Source: Cetorhinus maximus | Lineage: Eukaryota | Length of the DNA stretch: 64,000 nt | Direction of reading: 5' to 3' | Assembly (NCBI RefSeq): GCF_964194155.1 | Contig: NC_135901.1 | Coordinates: 9,114,001 to 9,178,000, forward strand | Shown here: piece by piece, positions 23,310 through 37,760 of the stretch | How the letters are laid out: the number at the start of each line of letters is the position of its first letter | How positions within the stretch are numbered: position 1 is the first letter of the stretch | The notes under the pieces: model-generated | Seen by the model: the letters and a program-made list of their open reading frames with translations, nothing else | What the model was told of the DNA's origin: nothing | Databases searched by the model: none | Program-made: the position numbers and the translations under genes

Positions 23310-24078
23310 CAGAAATTTCCTCCAGTTAAATATCGTGAAGACCAAAGACATTGTCTTCAGTCCCCGCTCTAAACTATTCCATAGCCACTGACTTCATTCC
23401 TCTCCCTGGAAACTGTCCCAGGCTGGACAAGACTGGGCACAATCTCAGTGTCATGTTTCCCCCCAGCTGATCGCCTGACCACAGAACACCGCCTATTTCC
23501 ACCTCAGCAATCTCACCTGCTTTTCCCCTGAGTCAGCTAATCTGCTTCTGCAACTCTCATCCATTCCACTCCCTAAATTTGAATATTCTAATTCATCCCA
23601 CATTCAACCTCTCTGTAAAGCTGAGATCATCCAAAACTCTGCTTCCCTTCACTACTCTACTCACTGAGCTACTTAGGCTTCAGGTTGAGCAGTGCTTCAA
23701 ATCTTAAAACTTTCATCTGTTTCCAAATCTCTCCAAAGCTTTGCCCACACCTGTTTCTGTCATCTCCTCCAGCCCCACAGCCCTCTGAGATCTCTGTGCT
23801 CATCTAATTCCGGTCTCTTAAGCAACCCCATTTTCAGTTCCTTCAGTGTTTGTGGCTGGGCCAAAGGCAAAAACTCACAATATCCCTCATGAAATCTCTC
23901 TACCTCTGTAACTTACTTTCCTCATTAAGACACTCCTTCAAACCTACCTCTTTGACCAAACTTTTGACTTTCTTCCCTGATATCGCTGTGTGTCTCGGTG
24001 TCAGATGTTGCTTTGTAAAACTCCCATAAAACACCCTGGAATGTTTGATTACATCAAAGGTGCTATATAAATGAAAGT
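23310..24078 (+). mobile_element. L2 LINE 3' fragment
   Basis: FLQLNIVKTKDIVF-like segment and L2-type tail AAAGGTGCTATATAAATG. Confidence 0.65.
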
Positions 24079-24770
24079 CAATGTTACAGACTTGGACACA
24101 TATCACCATTATAAATGTAAGTCAATGTTACAGACTAGGACACATATCACTGTTATAAATGTAAGTCAATGTTACAGACTGGGACATACATCACCATTAT
24201 AAATGTAAGTCAATGTTACAGACTGGGACACACATCACTGTTATAAATGTAAGTCAGTGTAACAGACTTGGACACATATCACCATTGTAAATGTAAGTCA
24301 GTGTTACAGACTAGGACACATATCACCGTTGTAAATGTAAGTCAATGTTACAGACTGGGACACACATCACCGTTATAAATGTAAGTCAATGTTACAGACT
24401 AGGACACACATCACCGTTATAAATGTAAGTCAGTGTTACAGACTTGGACACACATCACCGTTATAAATGTAAGTCAATGTTACCGACTTGGACACATATC
24501 ACCGTTATAAATGTAAGTCAGTGTTACAGACTTGGACACACATCACCGTTATAAATGTAAGTCAGTGTTACAGACTGGGACACACATCACCGTTATAAAT
24601 GTAAGGCAGTGTTACAGACTTGGACACACATCACCGTTATAAATGTAAGTCAATGTTACCGACTTGGACACACATCACCGTTATAAATGTAAGTCAGTGT
24701 TACAGACTGGGACACACATCACTGTTATAAATGTAAGTCAATGTTACAGACTGGGACACACGTCACTGTT
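24067..24770. repeat. 44-bp minisatellite, about 16 copies
   Basis: Unit ATAAATGTAAGTCA(A/G)TGTTACAGACT(T/A/G)GGACACA(C/T)ATCAC(C/T)GTT; starts at 24067, 24111, 24155 and so on. Confidence 0.95.
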
Positions 24771-24989
24771 GCTTCATCACTGGATGAAGATCCTCTCAGT
24801 CTTTACCTAACAGTTTTGTGGAAGCCCCTTCACCACACGGGCTGCAGCGGTTCAAGAACAAAACCCACCATCAATTTCTCAACAGGTAACTGGGGATTGG
24901 CAATATGAGCTGCCTTGCTACTGACTCCTATAAACCCATCATAAATTAAAAGTATCTGCCTGTGTGAAATGGATTAACAGCTCCTACAG

Positions 24990-25440
24990 GAATCCTTCTT
25001 CCTCCCGCTCCAGGCCGCTCCCATTCAGACTCCAGGAGCCGCGCTCACTCTCTCTGAGGCTGCGCTCAGCCTGGAGCCACACTGCGCATGCTCCGCTCAG
25101 ACAGGCGGCTTCCGGGGGCGGAGCCGTCCTGCGCCTGCGCGTTACAGCCCTTCTGGTGGAGATAGGGCGTATTCATTCGCGCGGAGCATTCTGGGTCTCC
25201 TTATCCGCCATCATTCAAAAAGCGTCCGGAGGGTGAGAAGTCTGTTCCAGTACTTTTGATACAATCCGTTATTTACACCGAGAGGCTCAACACTGTTGAT
25301 GTTTCTGCTAGTGACAGGTCCGAGTTAGCAGCCGCCATCTTTATAGGGATAATGTGCAGCCTGGCGCATGCGCAGCCGCCGTCTTTATAGCGACAGGGCG
25401 CAGGCGCAGGCGCGGCCATCCTCGGACCGGATGCAGGAAG
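24990..25440. promoter_or_regulatory. Bidirectional CpG-island promoter (ZNF-4 minus, ZNF-5 plus)
   Basis: ACTGCGCATG, GCTTCCGG (ETS), GGGGCGG, TGCGCCTGCGC, GCCGCCATCTT (YY1), GCGCATGCGCA; plus-strand donor AGG|GTGAGA near 25233; ZNF exons diverge on both sides. Confidence 0.7.
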
Positions 25441-25899
25441 AAAATATGTTGTGAATTTCGATCCTGGATTCACAGTGAAACTTCCCTGGAAACTCCTTTT
25501 ACAGGAGTTAGAACAGGAGGATTCCCAAGCGGGAACCTCAAACCAAATATCATGTCATGATCTGACAGTTACCTGATTCATCAGGACCTGAATATCATCG
25601 CCCTCTGAATGTGGAAGGTGAAATGTCTGTGGGCAAAGATTTCAGATATTAGAGAGACTGGGAAACTTTTAATGATCTTTTCATCTTTTAATGATTACAT
25701 CGATCTCATTGGGAATGTTGAAGAATTTGTTCTATGCAGGCAAATTACCTCGTGTGCTTATATAAACATACTTGGCAGTTAAAATGGGCAAACCATTGAG
25801 CTGTGTTATTAGTGAGAGTTACAGTCCCAGTTTTGGGTAAAGTTTGTTGTCCATGTTGCAATTCATTCAGTCCGCTGTGTCCGTAATGACCAACTAGTA

Positions 25900-27590
25900 G
25901 TCATCCAGCCAGATCCCAATTTCCAGTTCTTGGTCCGTAGCCTTGCAGGTTACATCACTTCAAGTGTACATCCAAATACCTAGAGCCGTAGAGCTATACA
26001 GCACAGAAACAGGCCCTTTGGCCTATCATGTCTGGCCCGGTCATCAAGCCCCTATCTGCTCTAATCTAATTTTCCAACACTTGACCTGTAGCCCTGTATG
26101 CTATGACATTTCAAATGTTCATCTAAATACTTCTTAAATGTTTTGAGGGTTCCCACCCTTTCAGGCAGTGAGCTCCATATACCCCCCACCCTCTGGATGA
26201 AAAGATTTTTCCTCAAATCCCTCTAAAGCTCCTGCCCCTTACCTTAAATCTATGCCCCCTGGTTATTGACCCTCCACTAAGGGGAAAAGTTTCTTCCTAT
26301 CTACCCTATCTATGGCCCACATAATTTTGTACACCCCAATCAGGTCCCTCCTCAGCCTTCTCTGTTCTAATAAAAATAACCCCAGCCTATCCAGTCTCTC
26401 TTCATAGCTGAAACATCCAGCCTAGGCAACATCCTGGTGAATTTCCTCTGCACCCTCTCCAGTGCAATCATATCCTTCCTACAGTGTGGCGACCAGAACT
26501 GCATACACTACTCCAGATGTGGCCTAACTAATGCTTCATACAGCTCCATCATAATGTCCCTGCTCTTGTATTCAATGCCTTGACTAATAAAGACAAATAT
26601 CCAATATGCCTTCTTAACCACGTTATACACCTGTCCTGCTGCCTTCAAAGATCTATGGACATGCACACAAAGGTCCCTCTGATCCTTTCTACTTCCTAAA
26701 GTCCTATCATTCTCATGTACTCCCTTGCCTTGTTAGTCCTCCCAAAATGCATCACCTCACATTTTCAGGATTAAATTCCACTTGCCACTGTTCTGCCCAT
26801 CTGACAGCCCATCTATATTGTCCTGTGGTCTAAAGCTTTCCTCCTTGCTATTTCCCACACCACAGATTTTCATTTCATCTGCGAACTTACTGATCATAGC
26901 TCCTAGATTCATGTCTAGATCATTAATGTACACTTTTTAAATGTTATGAGGGTTTCTGCATCTACCATCCTTTCAGGCAGCGGGTTACAGCTCCCCACCA
27001 CCTTCTGGGTGAAAAAGAATTCCCTCATATCCCCTCTATACCTCCTACTTCTTTCCCTCATCATGGACCCCTCAACCAAAGGGAATAGTGCCTTCCTATC
27101 CAATCTATCTAAACCCCTCATAATTTTATACATTTCCTTTAAGTCTCCCCTCAGCCTCCTCTGCTCCAAAGAAAACCACCCCAGCCTATCCAATCTTACC
27201 TCAGAGCTAAAATTCTCCATTCCTGGCACATCTTCTTATATCCCCCCTGTACTCTCTCTGGTGCGATCACATCCTTCCTGTACTGTACACAGTACTCTAG
27301 CTCTGGCCTAACTAGTGTTTTATGCAGTTCAAGTAGAACCTTACTGCTCTTATATTCTATGCCTTGGCTAATAGGGGTAAATATCCTGTAGGCTTTCTTA
27401 ATCACCACATCTACCTGTCCTGCTACCTTCAGGGATCCGTGGACATGAACTCCAAGATCTCTCTGTTCCTCTACAATTCTCAGTATCCTTCCATTTATCA
27501 TGTAATCCTTTGCCTTGTTTTCCCTACAGCTTTCTTCCTCATTATAAAACACACAACCATTTTTGTATCATCAGCAAACTTCCTGTTCAT
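25900..27590 (-). mobile_element. Two tandem CR1 LINE 3' fragments
   Basis: ORFs 26915-27229 and 27196-27552 are CR1 RT C-terminal sequence; a further copy lies at ~25990-26910. Confidence 0.8.
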
Positions 27591-27594
27591 GTCC

Positions 27595-29050
27595 ATTAGA
27601 TTGGAAAATAGCAAATATAACTCCTTTATTCAAAAAGGGAGGGAGACAGAAAGCAGGAGGCTATAGATCAGTTAGCCTAACATCTGTCATAGGGAAGATA
27701 TTAGACGCTATTATTAACAATGTTATAGCAGGGCACTTAGAATAATTCAAGGCAATCAGGAAGAGTCAACATGGTTTTGTGGAAAGGAAATCATGTTTAA
27801 CCAATTTATTGGAGTCCTTTGAAGGACTCACATGTGCTGCAGATAAAGGGGACGCAGTGGATGTACTGTACTTAGATTTCCAGATGGCATTTGGTAAAGT
27901 GCTACATTAAAGTTTATTACAGAAAATAAAAGATCTTGGTGTAGGGGGTAACATATTGGCATGGATAGAAGATTGGCTAGCTAACAAGAAGCAGAGAGTT
28001 GGCATAAATGGGTCTTTTTCTGGTTGGCAGAATGTAATGAGTGCTGTGCCATAGGGATCAGTGCTGGGGCCACGCCTATTTACAATTTATATAAATGACA
28101 TGGATGAAGGAACCAAAGCAATGGTTTCTAAATTTGCTGACAACACAAAGATAGGTAGGAAAGTAAATTGTGAAGTGGACATAAGTAGGCTACAAAGTGA
28201 AATAGATAGGTTAAGTGAGTGGGCAAAGATCTGGAAAATGGAGTATAATGTGGGTAAATGTGAAATTGTTCATTTTGACAGGAAGAATAAAAAAGAAGCT
28301 TATTATCTAAATGGTGAGAGATTGCAGAACTCTGAGATTCAGAGGGATCTGGGTGTCCAAGTGCATGAACCAGAAAAGGCTGGTGTGCAGGTACAACAGG
28401 TAATTAGGAAAGCTAATAGAATGTTAGAATTTATTGTGAGGGGAATTGATTACAAAAGTAGTGAGGTTATGCTTCAGTTGTACAGGGCATTGGTGAGACC
28501 ACATCTGTAGTATTGTGTACAGTACTGATCTCCTTATTTAAAGAAAGATGTAAAAGAAAGATGGAAGCAGTTCAGTGAAGGTTTACTAGACTAATACCAG
28601 GAATGTCTTATGAGGAAATGCTGGACAGGTTAGGCTTGTATCCACTGGAATTTAGAAGAGTAAGAGGTGACTTAATTGAAACGTTTATGATCCTGAGGTG
28701 TCTTGACAGGGTGAATGTGGAGAGGATGTTTCTTCTTGTTGGAGAATCTAGTCACCGTTTAAAAATAAGGGGTCGCTCATTTAAGACGGAGATGAGGAGA
28801 AATTTTTTCTCTCAGAGGGTTGTGAGTCTTTGGAGCTGTCTTCCTCAAAAGGCAGTGGAAGCACAGTCTTTGAATATTTTTAAGGCAGAGCTCGATAGGT
28901 CCTTGATTAACAAGGGTGTGAAAGGTTATCGGGGGTAGGCAGGAATATGGGGTTGAGGTTACAATCAGATCAGCCATGATCTTATTGAATGGCAGAGCAG
29001 GCTTGAGGGGCTGAGTGGCTTACTCCTGCTCCTAATTTGTATGTTCGTAT
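27595..29050 (+). mobile_element. CR1 LINE RT region and 3' tail
   Basis: DWKIANITPLFKKG..YRSVSLTS..SQHGF..YLDF..KFADNTK..WKMEYNVGKC..RGDLIETF. Confidence 0.9.
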
Positions 29051-29616
29051 TTAGGTCTGACTCAATTATATAAACCACGAATGAAGGAGCCAATACTGAG
29101 CCCTGTGAAACCCCACTGGAAACAGCCGTCCATTCACAAAATACCACCCATCGACCATCATAATCACTTCCTGCCATTGAGCCAATTTTGGATTCAACTT
29201 GTATTCAACTTGTAACTTTCTCTGGGATCCCATGAGTTTTTATTTTTCTGCCCAGTCTGCCATTTGGGACCTTGTAGATGTGGAGAGAATGTTTCCATTT
29301 GTCGGAGAATCCACAACTAGGAGCCAGAAATACAAGATAGTTACTGATAAATCCAAGAGGGAAATAAGGAGAAATATGTTTACTCAGAGTGGTTAGAAAG
29401 TGGAACTCACGACCACAGGAAGTGGTTATGGCAAAAAGCTAAGATAATTTCAAAAGGAAACTAGATGAGTACATGAGAGAAAAAGGAATAGAAAGATGAA
29501 CTGAAAGACTGAGCTGAGTTAGATGGAATGGAAGGGGAAGCGTGTGGAATGTAAACACCAGCACACACTAGTTGGTCCAATGGCCTCTTTCTATTCTATA
29601 TTTTCTCTTTTTACAG

Positions 29617-30460
<844 letters not shown>

Positions 30461-30804
30461 CTGCAGGGGTTGGATTCTGCTGTGATTGCAGCTGTTAATC
30501 ACATCCAGGACTGGACCATGTTCATTCTGAGAGTTGGTGTTCCTTTCTGCCGATAATAATTGCACTGAAGTTTAATATTCTGGTTATATATCAAATAAAT
30601 CAGCTGTGTTAAACTCATTGTTGTAGATTTTTGTTTTTCCCACCTGAGTGTTTAACATCACCTGGCTGGAGCTCAGAAAGAACAAACTGGGGGAGGATCA
30701 TACGGCCGGAACAGAACTTCAACCTGGACACAGTCCAGGAGCACGATGACCATCCACACGTTGTTCCTGTTGGATAAAATCAAACACTGCATTTATTCTC
30801 CGTC

Positions 30805-32470
30805 TAGTTATCTGACCTTTCCATTTTATACAGTTTACACTGATCTCCATGGTAACACAGATATTGCGTTTCCTTCTCTCGTTACTGAACACTCAATCTA
30901 AGACTTGTTTCTCCCAATTTATGTAGAACGCCGTATGGACCTTCCCAAGTAGCCCCCCCATTTAACAATATTTTTAACGTCACTTCATCTCCCATTGAAC
31001 AGTTTATGTAACAGGTGGGGTGTTTCTCCCTGGAGGTGTTGAGATGGGCAGCACCATCTTCTCCATTGCCTGTAGCAGGGAGAATGCTGAGGTTTGTTGG
31101 AGGTTCTGGAGAAACTGGTCCTGAGTCTGTTGAGTAGCCATGGGGTGTGGGACCCGGTGGGAAGCACGATCTGGATTGGACAATGAGCTGTGACCGGGGA
31201 GTGAACAGGAGTGGAGTGAATGGTCATTAAGACACCAGGTGGGGCAGTGACCCAGTCATTGGGCTTGATCAGATCATCAGCTCCGTTCATGACAGCTTTT
31301 TCAGTGTCGTTTCTCCAGAGTGATTAAACATCTTGACCATCCCACTAGAGTCTGGGCGGTAGGGGATGCAGAAATGTTGTTACACACCCACAAGATGACA
31401 CAGCTGCTGTATTGCCTCTGCTGTGAAATGAGAACCATTATCACTATCTTTTTCAGAAAGCTCCATCTGGTAAAGATCTGTTCCCACAAAGTTTTAGCTG
31501 TAGGTGACTGCATCATTTATACAGACAGGGAAAGCTTCAATCCACCATGTAAACATACCTATAACTACCAGGATATACCGGTCCCCTCCTTTTACTGTGT
31601 GTAATAGGCCTGTATAATCAAACTGCAATATTTTCCACGGAACATCATTCAGATGGGATATGTCCATTGGGACCTTTCACTTCACAGGTCTAGATTAATT
31701 TGGACACAGATGAGACACAGGTTCAGGTGGTGATGGATGTCCTGGTGCATTGAGAACTCAAGGAAAGAGAAACGTGCCCCAATTTGATCCATAAACAAAA
31801 TTAATTATTTTCTAAGACATTAAGGTGTGACCCAATTCAAATTAGAGCCATTCTTGTGATAGGAATGTTGAGGCCATGATCAGATCACCAATCATCTTAT
31901 TGAATGGCCGAGCTGGCTCGAGTGGCCTAACCCTAATTCATATGTTCGTATCATGTATAATGGGGGAGACCTTACTTGCTGTGAGTGATGAGGGAAAGTC
32001 TTTCCTATGGTGCCTAGCCTCTTTGGCCATAATCACAATGATTGTATTTTGGGTGGATCGCAAGGAATCCTCTCTGGAGCAGCTTTCCTAGTGAGTCAGT
32101 CTGTCTGGTTATTACCATCACCCTCTTCACTAACCCCTGCCGCTAATGCACCTTCACCCTACAAATAGCAACTTGTCCTGGTCACTTACCAGCAATATCT
32201 CAAATCATTCGGAGTTTGAAATGGTGGGTGAGAGTTTTCCTTTTTGCTGTGGAGAGGCTGTGTTTTTGTTGCCGGAGAAGTAGGTTTACACTAAGGGAGT
32301 TACAAATAAAGGAGCTTTCAGAATAGTTGGTGATTCTCTCAGTAAGAGCTTGAAGGGCTGTGATCATAATAACCTCAGCTTTCTGGGCTAAATATTGTGG
32401 TGGGTGTTTAATAGGATACTATGGCAGTCATGGGGAAGTAAAGACACAGCAGGAGTCTGATACGGTCCTT
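30805..32470 (-). mobile_element. Endogenous retrovirus-like pol remnant: RNase H and integrase
   Basis: Hand translation of the minus strand: LAQKAEVIMITAL..TNYSESSFIC and SEEGDGNNQTD (RNase H); MHQDIHHHLNLCLICVQIN (IN zinc site); PWKILQFDYTGL..RYILVVIGMFTWWIEAFP, DSDNGSHFTAE, IPYRPDSSG (IN core); WEGPYGV..YHGDQCKLY (GPY/F); many stops and frameshifts. Confidence 0.85.
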
Positions 32471-32472
32471 GT

Positions 32473-35400
32473 ATTTTTTTCTTCATTCATGGGATGTGGG
32501 CTTCGCTGGCTGGGTCAGCGTTTTTGCCAATCCCTAGTTGCCCTTGAGAAGGTGGTGGTGAGCTGCCTTCTTGAACCGCTGCAGTCCATGTGGTGTAGGT
32601 ACACTCACAGTGCTGTTAGGAAGTGAGTTCCAGGATTTTGACGCAGCGACAGTGAAGGAATGGTGATATATTTCCAAGTCAGTGACGTGGAGGGGAATTT
32701 CTAGGGGGAGGTGTTCCCATCTATCTGTTGCCCTTGTCCTTCTAGATGGTAGTTGTCGTGCGTTTGGAAGGTGCTGTCTAAGGAGCTTTGGTGAATTACT
32801 GCAGTGCATCTTGTAGATGGTACACACTGCTGCTACTGTGAGTCGATGGTGGAGGGAGTGAATGTTTGTGGATGGGATGCCAATCAAGCAGGCTGCTTTG
32901 TCCTGGATGGTGTAAAGCTTCTTGAGTGTTGTGGGACCTGCACATCCAGGCAAGTGGGGAATATTCCATCACACTCCTGATTTGTGCCTTGTAGATGCTG
33001 GACAGGTTTTGGGGAGTCAGGAAGTGAGTTGTTCATCACAGAGTTCCTAGCTGCTGACCTGCTCTTGTAGCCACAGTAGTTATATGGCTAGTCCAGTTCA
33101 GTTACTGGCCAATGGTAACCCACAGTATGTTGATAGCGGGAGATTCAGTGATGGTAATGCCATTGAACATCCAGGAGCGATGGTTGGGTTCATCCTTGTT
33201 GGAGATGGTCATTGCCTGGCACTTTTATGGTGCGAATGTTATTTGCCACTTGTCAGCCCAAGCCTAGATATTGTCCAGGTCTTGCTGCATTTGGACATGT
33301 ATTGCTTGAGTATCTGAAGAGTTGCAAATGGTGCTGAACATTGTGCAATCATCAGCAAATATCCTCAATTCTGACCTTATGATGGAAGGAAGGCCATTGA
33401 TGAAGCAGCTGAAAATAGTTGGGCCGAGGACAGTACCCTTAGGAATTCCCACAGTGAAGTCCTGGAACTGAGTTGATTGACCTCCAACCACCAAAACCAT
33501 CTTCCTTTGTGCTAGGTATGACTCCAACCATAAGACCATAAGACGTAGGAGAAAAAGTAGGCCGTTCGGCCCATCGAGTCTGCTCCGCCATTCAATGAGA
33601 TCATGGCTGATCTGACAATCCTCAATTCCACTTTCCTGCCTTTTCCCCATTACCCTTGTTCCCTTACTGCTAAAAATATGTCTACCACAGCCTTGAATAT
33701 ACTTAGTTATCCAGCCTCTACAGCTCTCTGCGGTAAAGAATTCCATAGATTCATTACCCTCTTATAGAAGATAATTCCTCCTCATCTTTGTCTTAAATAG
33801 GTGACCACTTGCTCTGAGATTATGCCCTCTGGTCCTAGCCTCCCCCACAAGGGGAAACAACCTCTCAGTATCTAACCTGTCAAGCCCCCTAAAAATCTTA
33901 TACGTTCCGATAAGTTCACCTCTCATTCTTCTAAACCCCAATGAATACAGGCCCACCTACTCAACCTCTCCTCATGAGAAAATCGCTCCATACCCGGGAT
34001 CAACCTTGTGAACCTTCTCTGGACTGCCTCCAATGCCAGTATATATTTCCTGAGATAAGGGGACCAAACTGTTCACAGTATTCTAGGAATGGTCTAACTC
34101 GTGCCTTGTATAATTTTAGCAAGCCTTCCCTATTCTTACTCTTCATTCCTTTTGAAATAAAGGCCAACATTCAATTTGCCTTCCCTATTACCTGCTGAAC
34201 TGATATGTTAGCTTTGTGGGACTCATGCATGAGCACTTCCAAATCCCTGTGTGTGGTAGCTTTCTGCAGTCTTTCTCCATCTAAATAATATTCAGCTCCT
34301 CTAATCTTCCTGCCAAAATGCATAATCTCACACTTTCCCACATTATATTCCACGTACCAAGTTTTTTTCCCACTCACTTAACCTGTCTATATCCCTCTGT
34401 GGACCCTTTGTATCATCCTCACCATTTGCTTTCCCACCTATTTTTCTGTCATTTGCAAAGTTGGCGATAGTACATTCACTTCCCACATCTAAGTCATTAA
34501 TATATATTGTAAAAAATTGTGACCCCAGCACTGAAAGGAAGTGGCTGCAGAGATAGTGGAGGCATTGGTCGAAATATTCCAGCACTCACTGGATTCTGGG
34601 AGGGTCCCAGCGGATTGGAAAATGTCTAACCTGATGCCCCTGTTCAAGAAGGGAGGGACTATAGGCTATAGGCCAGTCAGCCTAACATCTGTAGCTGGGA
34701 AAAAGGTAGATTCCATTATTAAGGAAGAAATAGCAGGACATTTAGAAAAGCTGAACGCAATCAAACAGAGTCAACATGGTTTTGTGACAGGGAAATCATG
34801 TTTGACAAATTTGCTAGAGTTCTTTGACGATATAATAAGCATAGTTGATAAAGGGTAACTTTAGTGTATTTAGATTTCCAGAAGGCATTCGACAAGGTGT
34901 CACATAAAAGATTATTGCTCATGATGGGAGCTCACGATATTTGGGGGTATTGATTGAGGATTGGTTAACACACAAAAGACAGGGAGTCATGATTAATGGG
35001 TCTTTTTTCAGGTTGGAAAGACGTAACTAGTGGAGTGCCACAAGGATCAGTCCGAGGACCTCAATTATTTATGATCTATATTAATGACTTGGTGGAGAGG
35101 GCAGAGTGTAATGTGTCCAAACTTGCTGAAGATACAAAAATAGGTGGGAGGGCACATTATGATGAGGACATGAGGAATCTTCAAGCGGATATAGATAGGC
35201 TGAGTGAGTAGGCAAAAGCTTGGCAGTTAGAGTTTAATGTAGGAAAGTGTGAGGTTATGCACTTTGGTAGCGAGAGTCAAAAGGCAAACTATTATTTAAA
35301 TGGAGACACTCCAAAAAAGTGCAGCACAGAAGGATTTGGGTGTTCTTGTGCATGAAACACAAAAAGTTAGCATGCAGGTGCAGCAAGCGATTAGGGAGGC

Positions 35401-36540
35401 AAATTGAATTTTGGCCTGTATTGCTAGGGTGTTGGAGTTTAAGAATAGGGAAGTCTTGTTTCAACTGTACAGGGTGTTGGTGAGGCTGCACCTGGAGTAC
35501 TGTGTACAGTTTTGGTCCCTGTATTTAAGAAAGGATATACTGGCATTGGAGGCAGTTCAGAAAGATTCACTCGGCTGATGCCTGACATGAAGGGGTTAAC
35601 TTATCAAGAACGGCCAAACAGGTTAGACCTTTATTCATTAGAGTTTAGAAGAATGAGGGGTGATCTGATTGAAACATAAAAAATTCTGAGGGGGCTTGAC
35701 AGGGTAGATGTTGAGAAGATGTTTCCACTAGAGAGGGAATCTTGAACTAGGGGACACAGTTACAGAATAAGGGGTCTTTAAAACCGAGATGTGTAGGAAT
35801 TTCTTCTCTCAGAGGGTAGTGAATGTCTGGAATTCTGTACCCCAGAAAGTTGTAGAGGGTAGATCACTGAAAGTATTTAAAGATTTTTGAAATACTGGGG
35901 AGTTGAGGGCTATGTGGAGCTGGCGTGAAAGAGGAGTTGGGGCCTGGAGCAGATCAGCTATGATCTTATTGAATGGCCTATTCCTGCTCGTATTTCTTAT
36001 GTTCTTAGGATCCATGTGTCACTCTACTAGTTGCAGGTCGCCATCCTGAAAATGCAGCCCTTATCCCAGCTCTCTGTCTTCTATTAGTTAGCCAATCCTC
36101 TATCTATGCTAAAATACTACCCCCAACACCATGGCCTCTTATCTTAATAAGTGGCCTTATGTGTGGTGCCTTATCAAACATCTTTTGGAAATCCAAATAT
36201 ATTACATCCATTGGTTCCCCTTTATCTATCGTGCTTGTTACCTCCTCAAAGAATTGTAATAAATTCGTCAGGCATGATTTCCCCTTCATGAAGCCTTTCT
36301 GACTCTGCTTGATTATATTATGCATTTTTAAATGCTCTACTATTACATCCTTTATAATATACTTTAACATTATCCCAGTGAGGGAGGTTAAGCTAACTGG
36401 CCTTTTTTTTGTCTCCTCCCTTTGTGAATACAGTGGAGAGTTTTCCCCCGATTCCCATTGACTCCAATGTTACTAGAGCTCCTTGATGCCACACTCGGTC
36501 AAATGCGGCCTTGATGTCAAGGGCAGTCACTCTCACCTCA
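32473..36540. mobile_element. Nested CR1 block: CR1-A (minus, 32473-33530 and 36431-36540), CR1-B (minus, 33531-34533 and 36009-36430), CR1-C (plus, 34534-36008)
   Basis: Junctions rejoin colinearly (GGKTLH|WLESYLAQRK for A; ..ACACATGGA|TCAGTGCTGGGG for B); each element has RT motifs and a 3' tail. Confidence 0.82.
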
Positions 36541-36880
36541 TACTGCAACATCACAGGCAACTGGTAGTTGTGAGGCTGCAATCTTTTAATGCCTTTGCTT
36601 TGTACTTCAATAATTCATCTACTCCATCCCACTCGGGATACTCCCTTAACTTGGGCTTTATTCATAATGTCACTGTGATATGTGGGGTGTGCAGAATTAT
36701 TGTAGTAAACTCTACCAGGTACTCTATGGGCTTAACTAACCAGTGAACGCTTGATATTGGCTCAGTACACTGGGCCAGTGACCTTTCCACGGAGGTGAAT
36801 GTGCCTGAGAAGCACCCAACTGAAAAATCTTTTCCATTCAGCTCCTGCATCACTGCAGCGGATATATATTGTTCTGACAG
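36541..36880 (-). mobile_element. Retroviral pol connection/tether domain (upstream part of the 30805-32470 element)
   Basis: SEQYISAAVMQELNGKDFSVGCFSGTFTSVERSLAQC..VHWLVKPIEYLVEFTTIILHTPH..GVSRVGWSR resembles the degenerate RNase-H-like tether of retroviral RT. Confidence 0.7.
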
Positions 36881-37289
36881 TGCCAGCAGAGCTGTGGAAT
36901 TAATTGGATAGATCTTCCGAAGAGCCAGCACAAGCATGATGGGCGAAGTGATTTTCATCTGTTCTTTTGGAACAGTGTATATTCCTCATCCCGTGATCGA
37001 GAGAGGAACCAGTGACTATGGGATTGAACGTAGCTAGAATCAGCACCTTCAGGGCAGGAGAGAGGCATGGGAACAAGTGGCAAAAGCTTTAAAATCTCAG
37101 TGTATTCCTACAAGAGAGAAGCGGTTTAAGTCACTTTGAGCAATTCGAGTATGGAAGAGCATTTATTCACGAGGATTCATGTGTGTCTTTTTATTAATTG
37201 ATCTCAATTATTTTCTTTCCCCTCTGGGGGGTTCAATGGTGCTGCTGTTACCCAACATTCCGTTCGGATGTGAATGTGATCTATTAACA

Positions 37290-37760
37290 CTCCAAGAGCC
37301 CAGTACGCAGGCGCAGTACTGGACTGTATCTGGAGCATGCGCAGTGTCACTTTGATCAGAGTCCTGCAAGTGCGGGAGAGGATTTTTTCAGCGGGTGAGA
37401 TTTGATGAGGCGGAGGGAGGAATGGAGCCGGGAGTCGGTGTCGGGAGGGAGTGGCGGCTTCACAAACACCTGAAGTAGGCCGCAAATCCAGAATAAGCCT
37501 CTGCAGGTCCCGCGTTTTCAGCTCTGGAACTTTTTCCCGGAAATAGGCCCAATTTAATGGTCGCCATCTTGGTTCAGTGGCCGTCTTGGTGACGGTACAG
37601 AGCATGGGCGGGGCTTCATGGCACCGGTGACCAGGAGAGAAAATCATTGGCTCATTGATTTTATTCTCGCGCTGCACACAGGAGATGGTGACTGTCCCGG
37701 GTTAATTACCGCCATCGTTTGAAGGGCAATGTGCTGCTGGGCGCACGCGCTGCCATCCTA
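37290..37760. promoter_or_regulatory. CpG-rich promoter, probably of ZNF-6
   Basis: GCAGGCGCAGT, CATGCGCAGT, CGCCATCTT and CCGCCATC (YY1), GGGCGGGG; plus-strand donor CGG|GTGAGA near 37395. Confidence 0.6.

Noticed and set aside
24067-24770. CRISPR-like array
   Set aside because: Contiguous 44-bp units with no unique spacers, no cas genes, and a vertebrate context; it is a minisatellite
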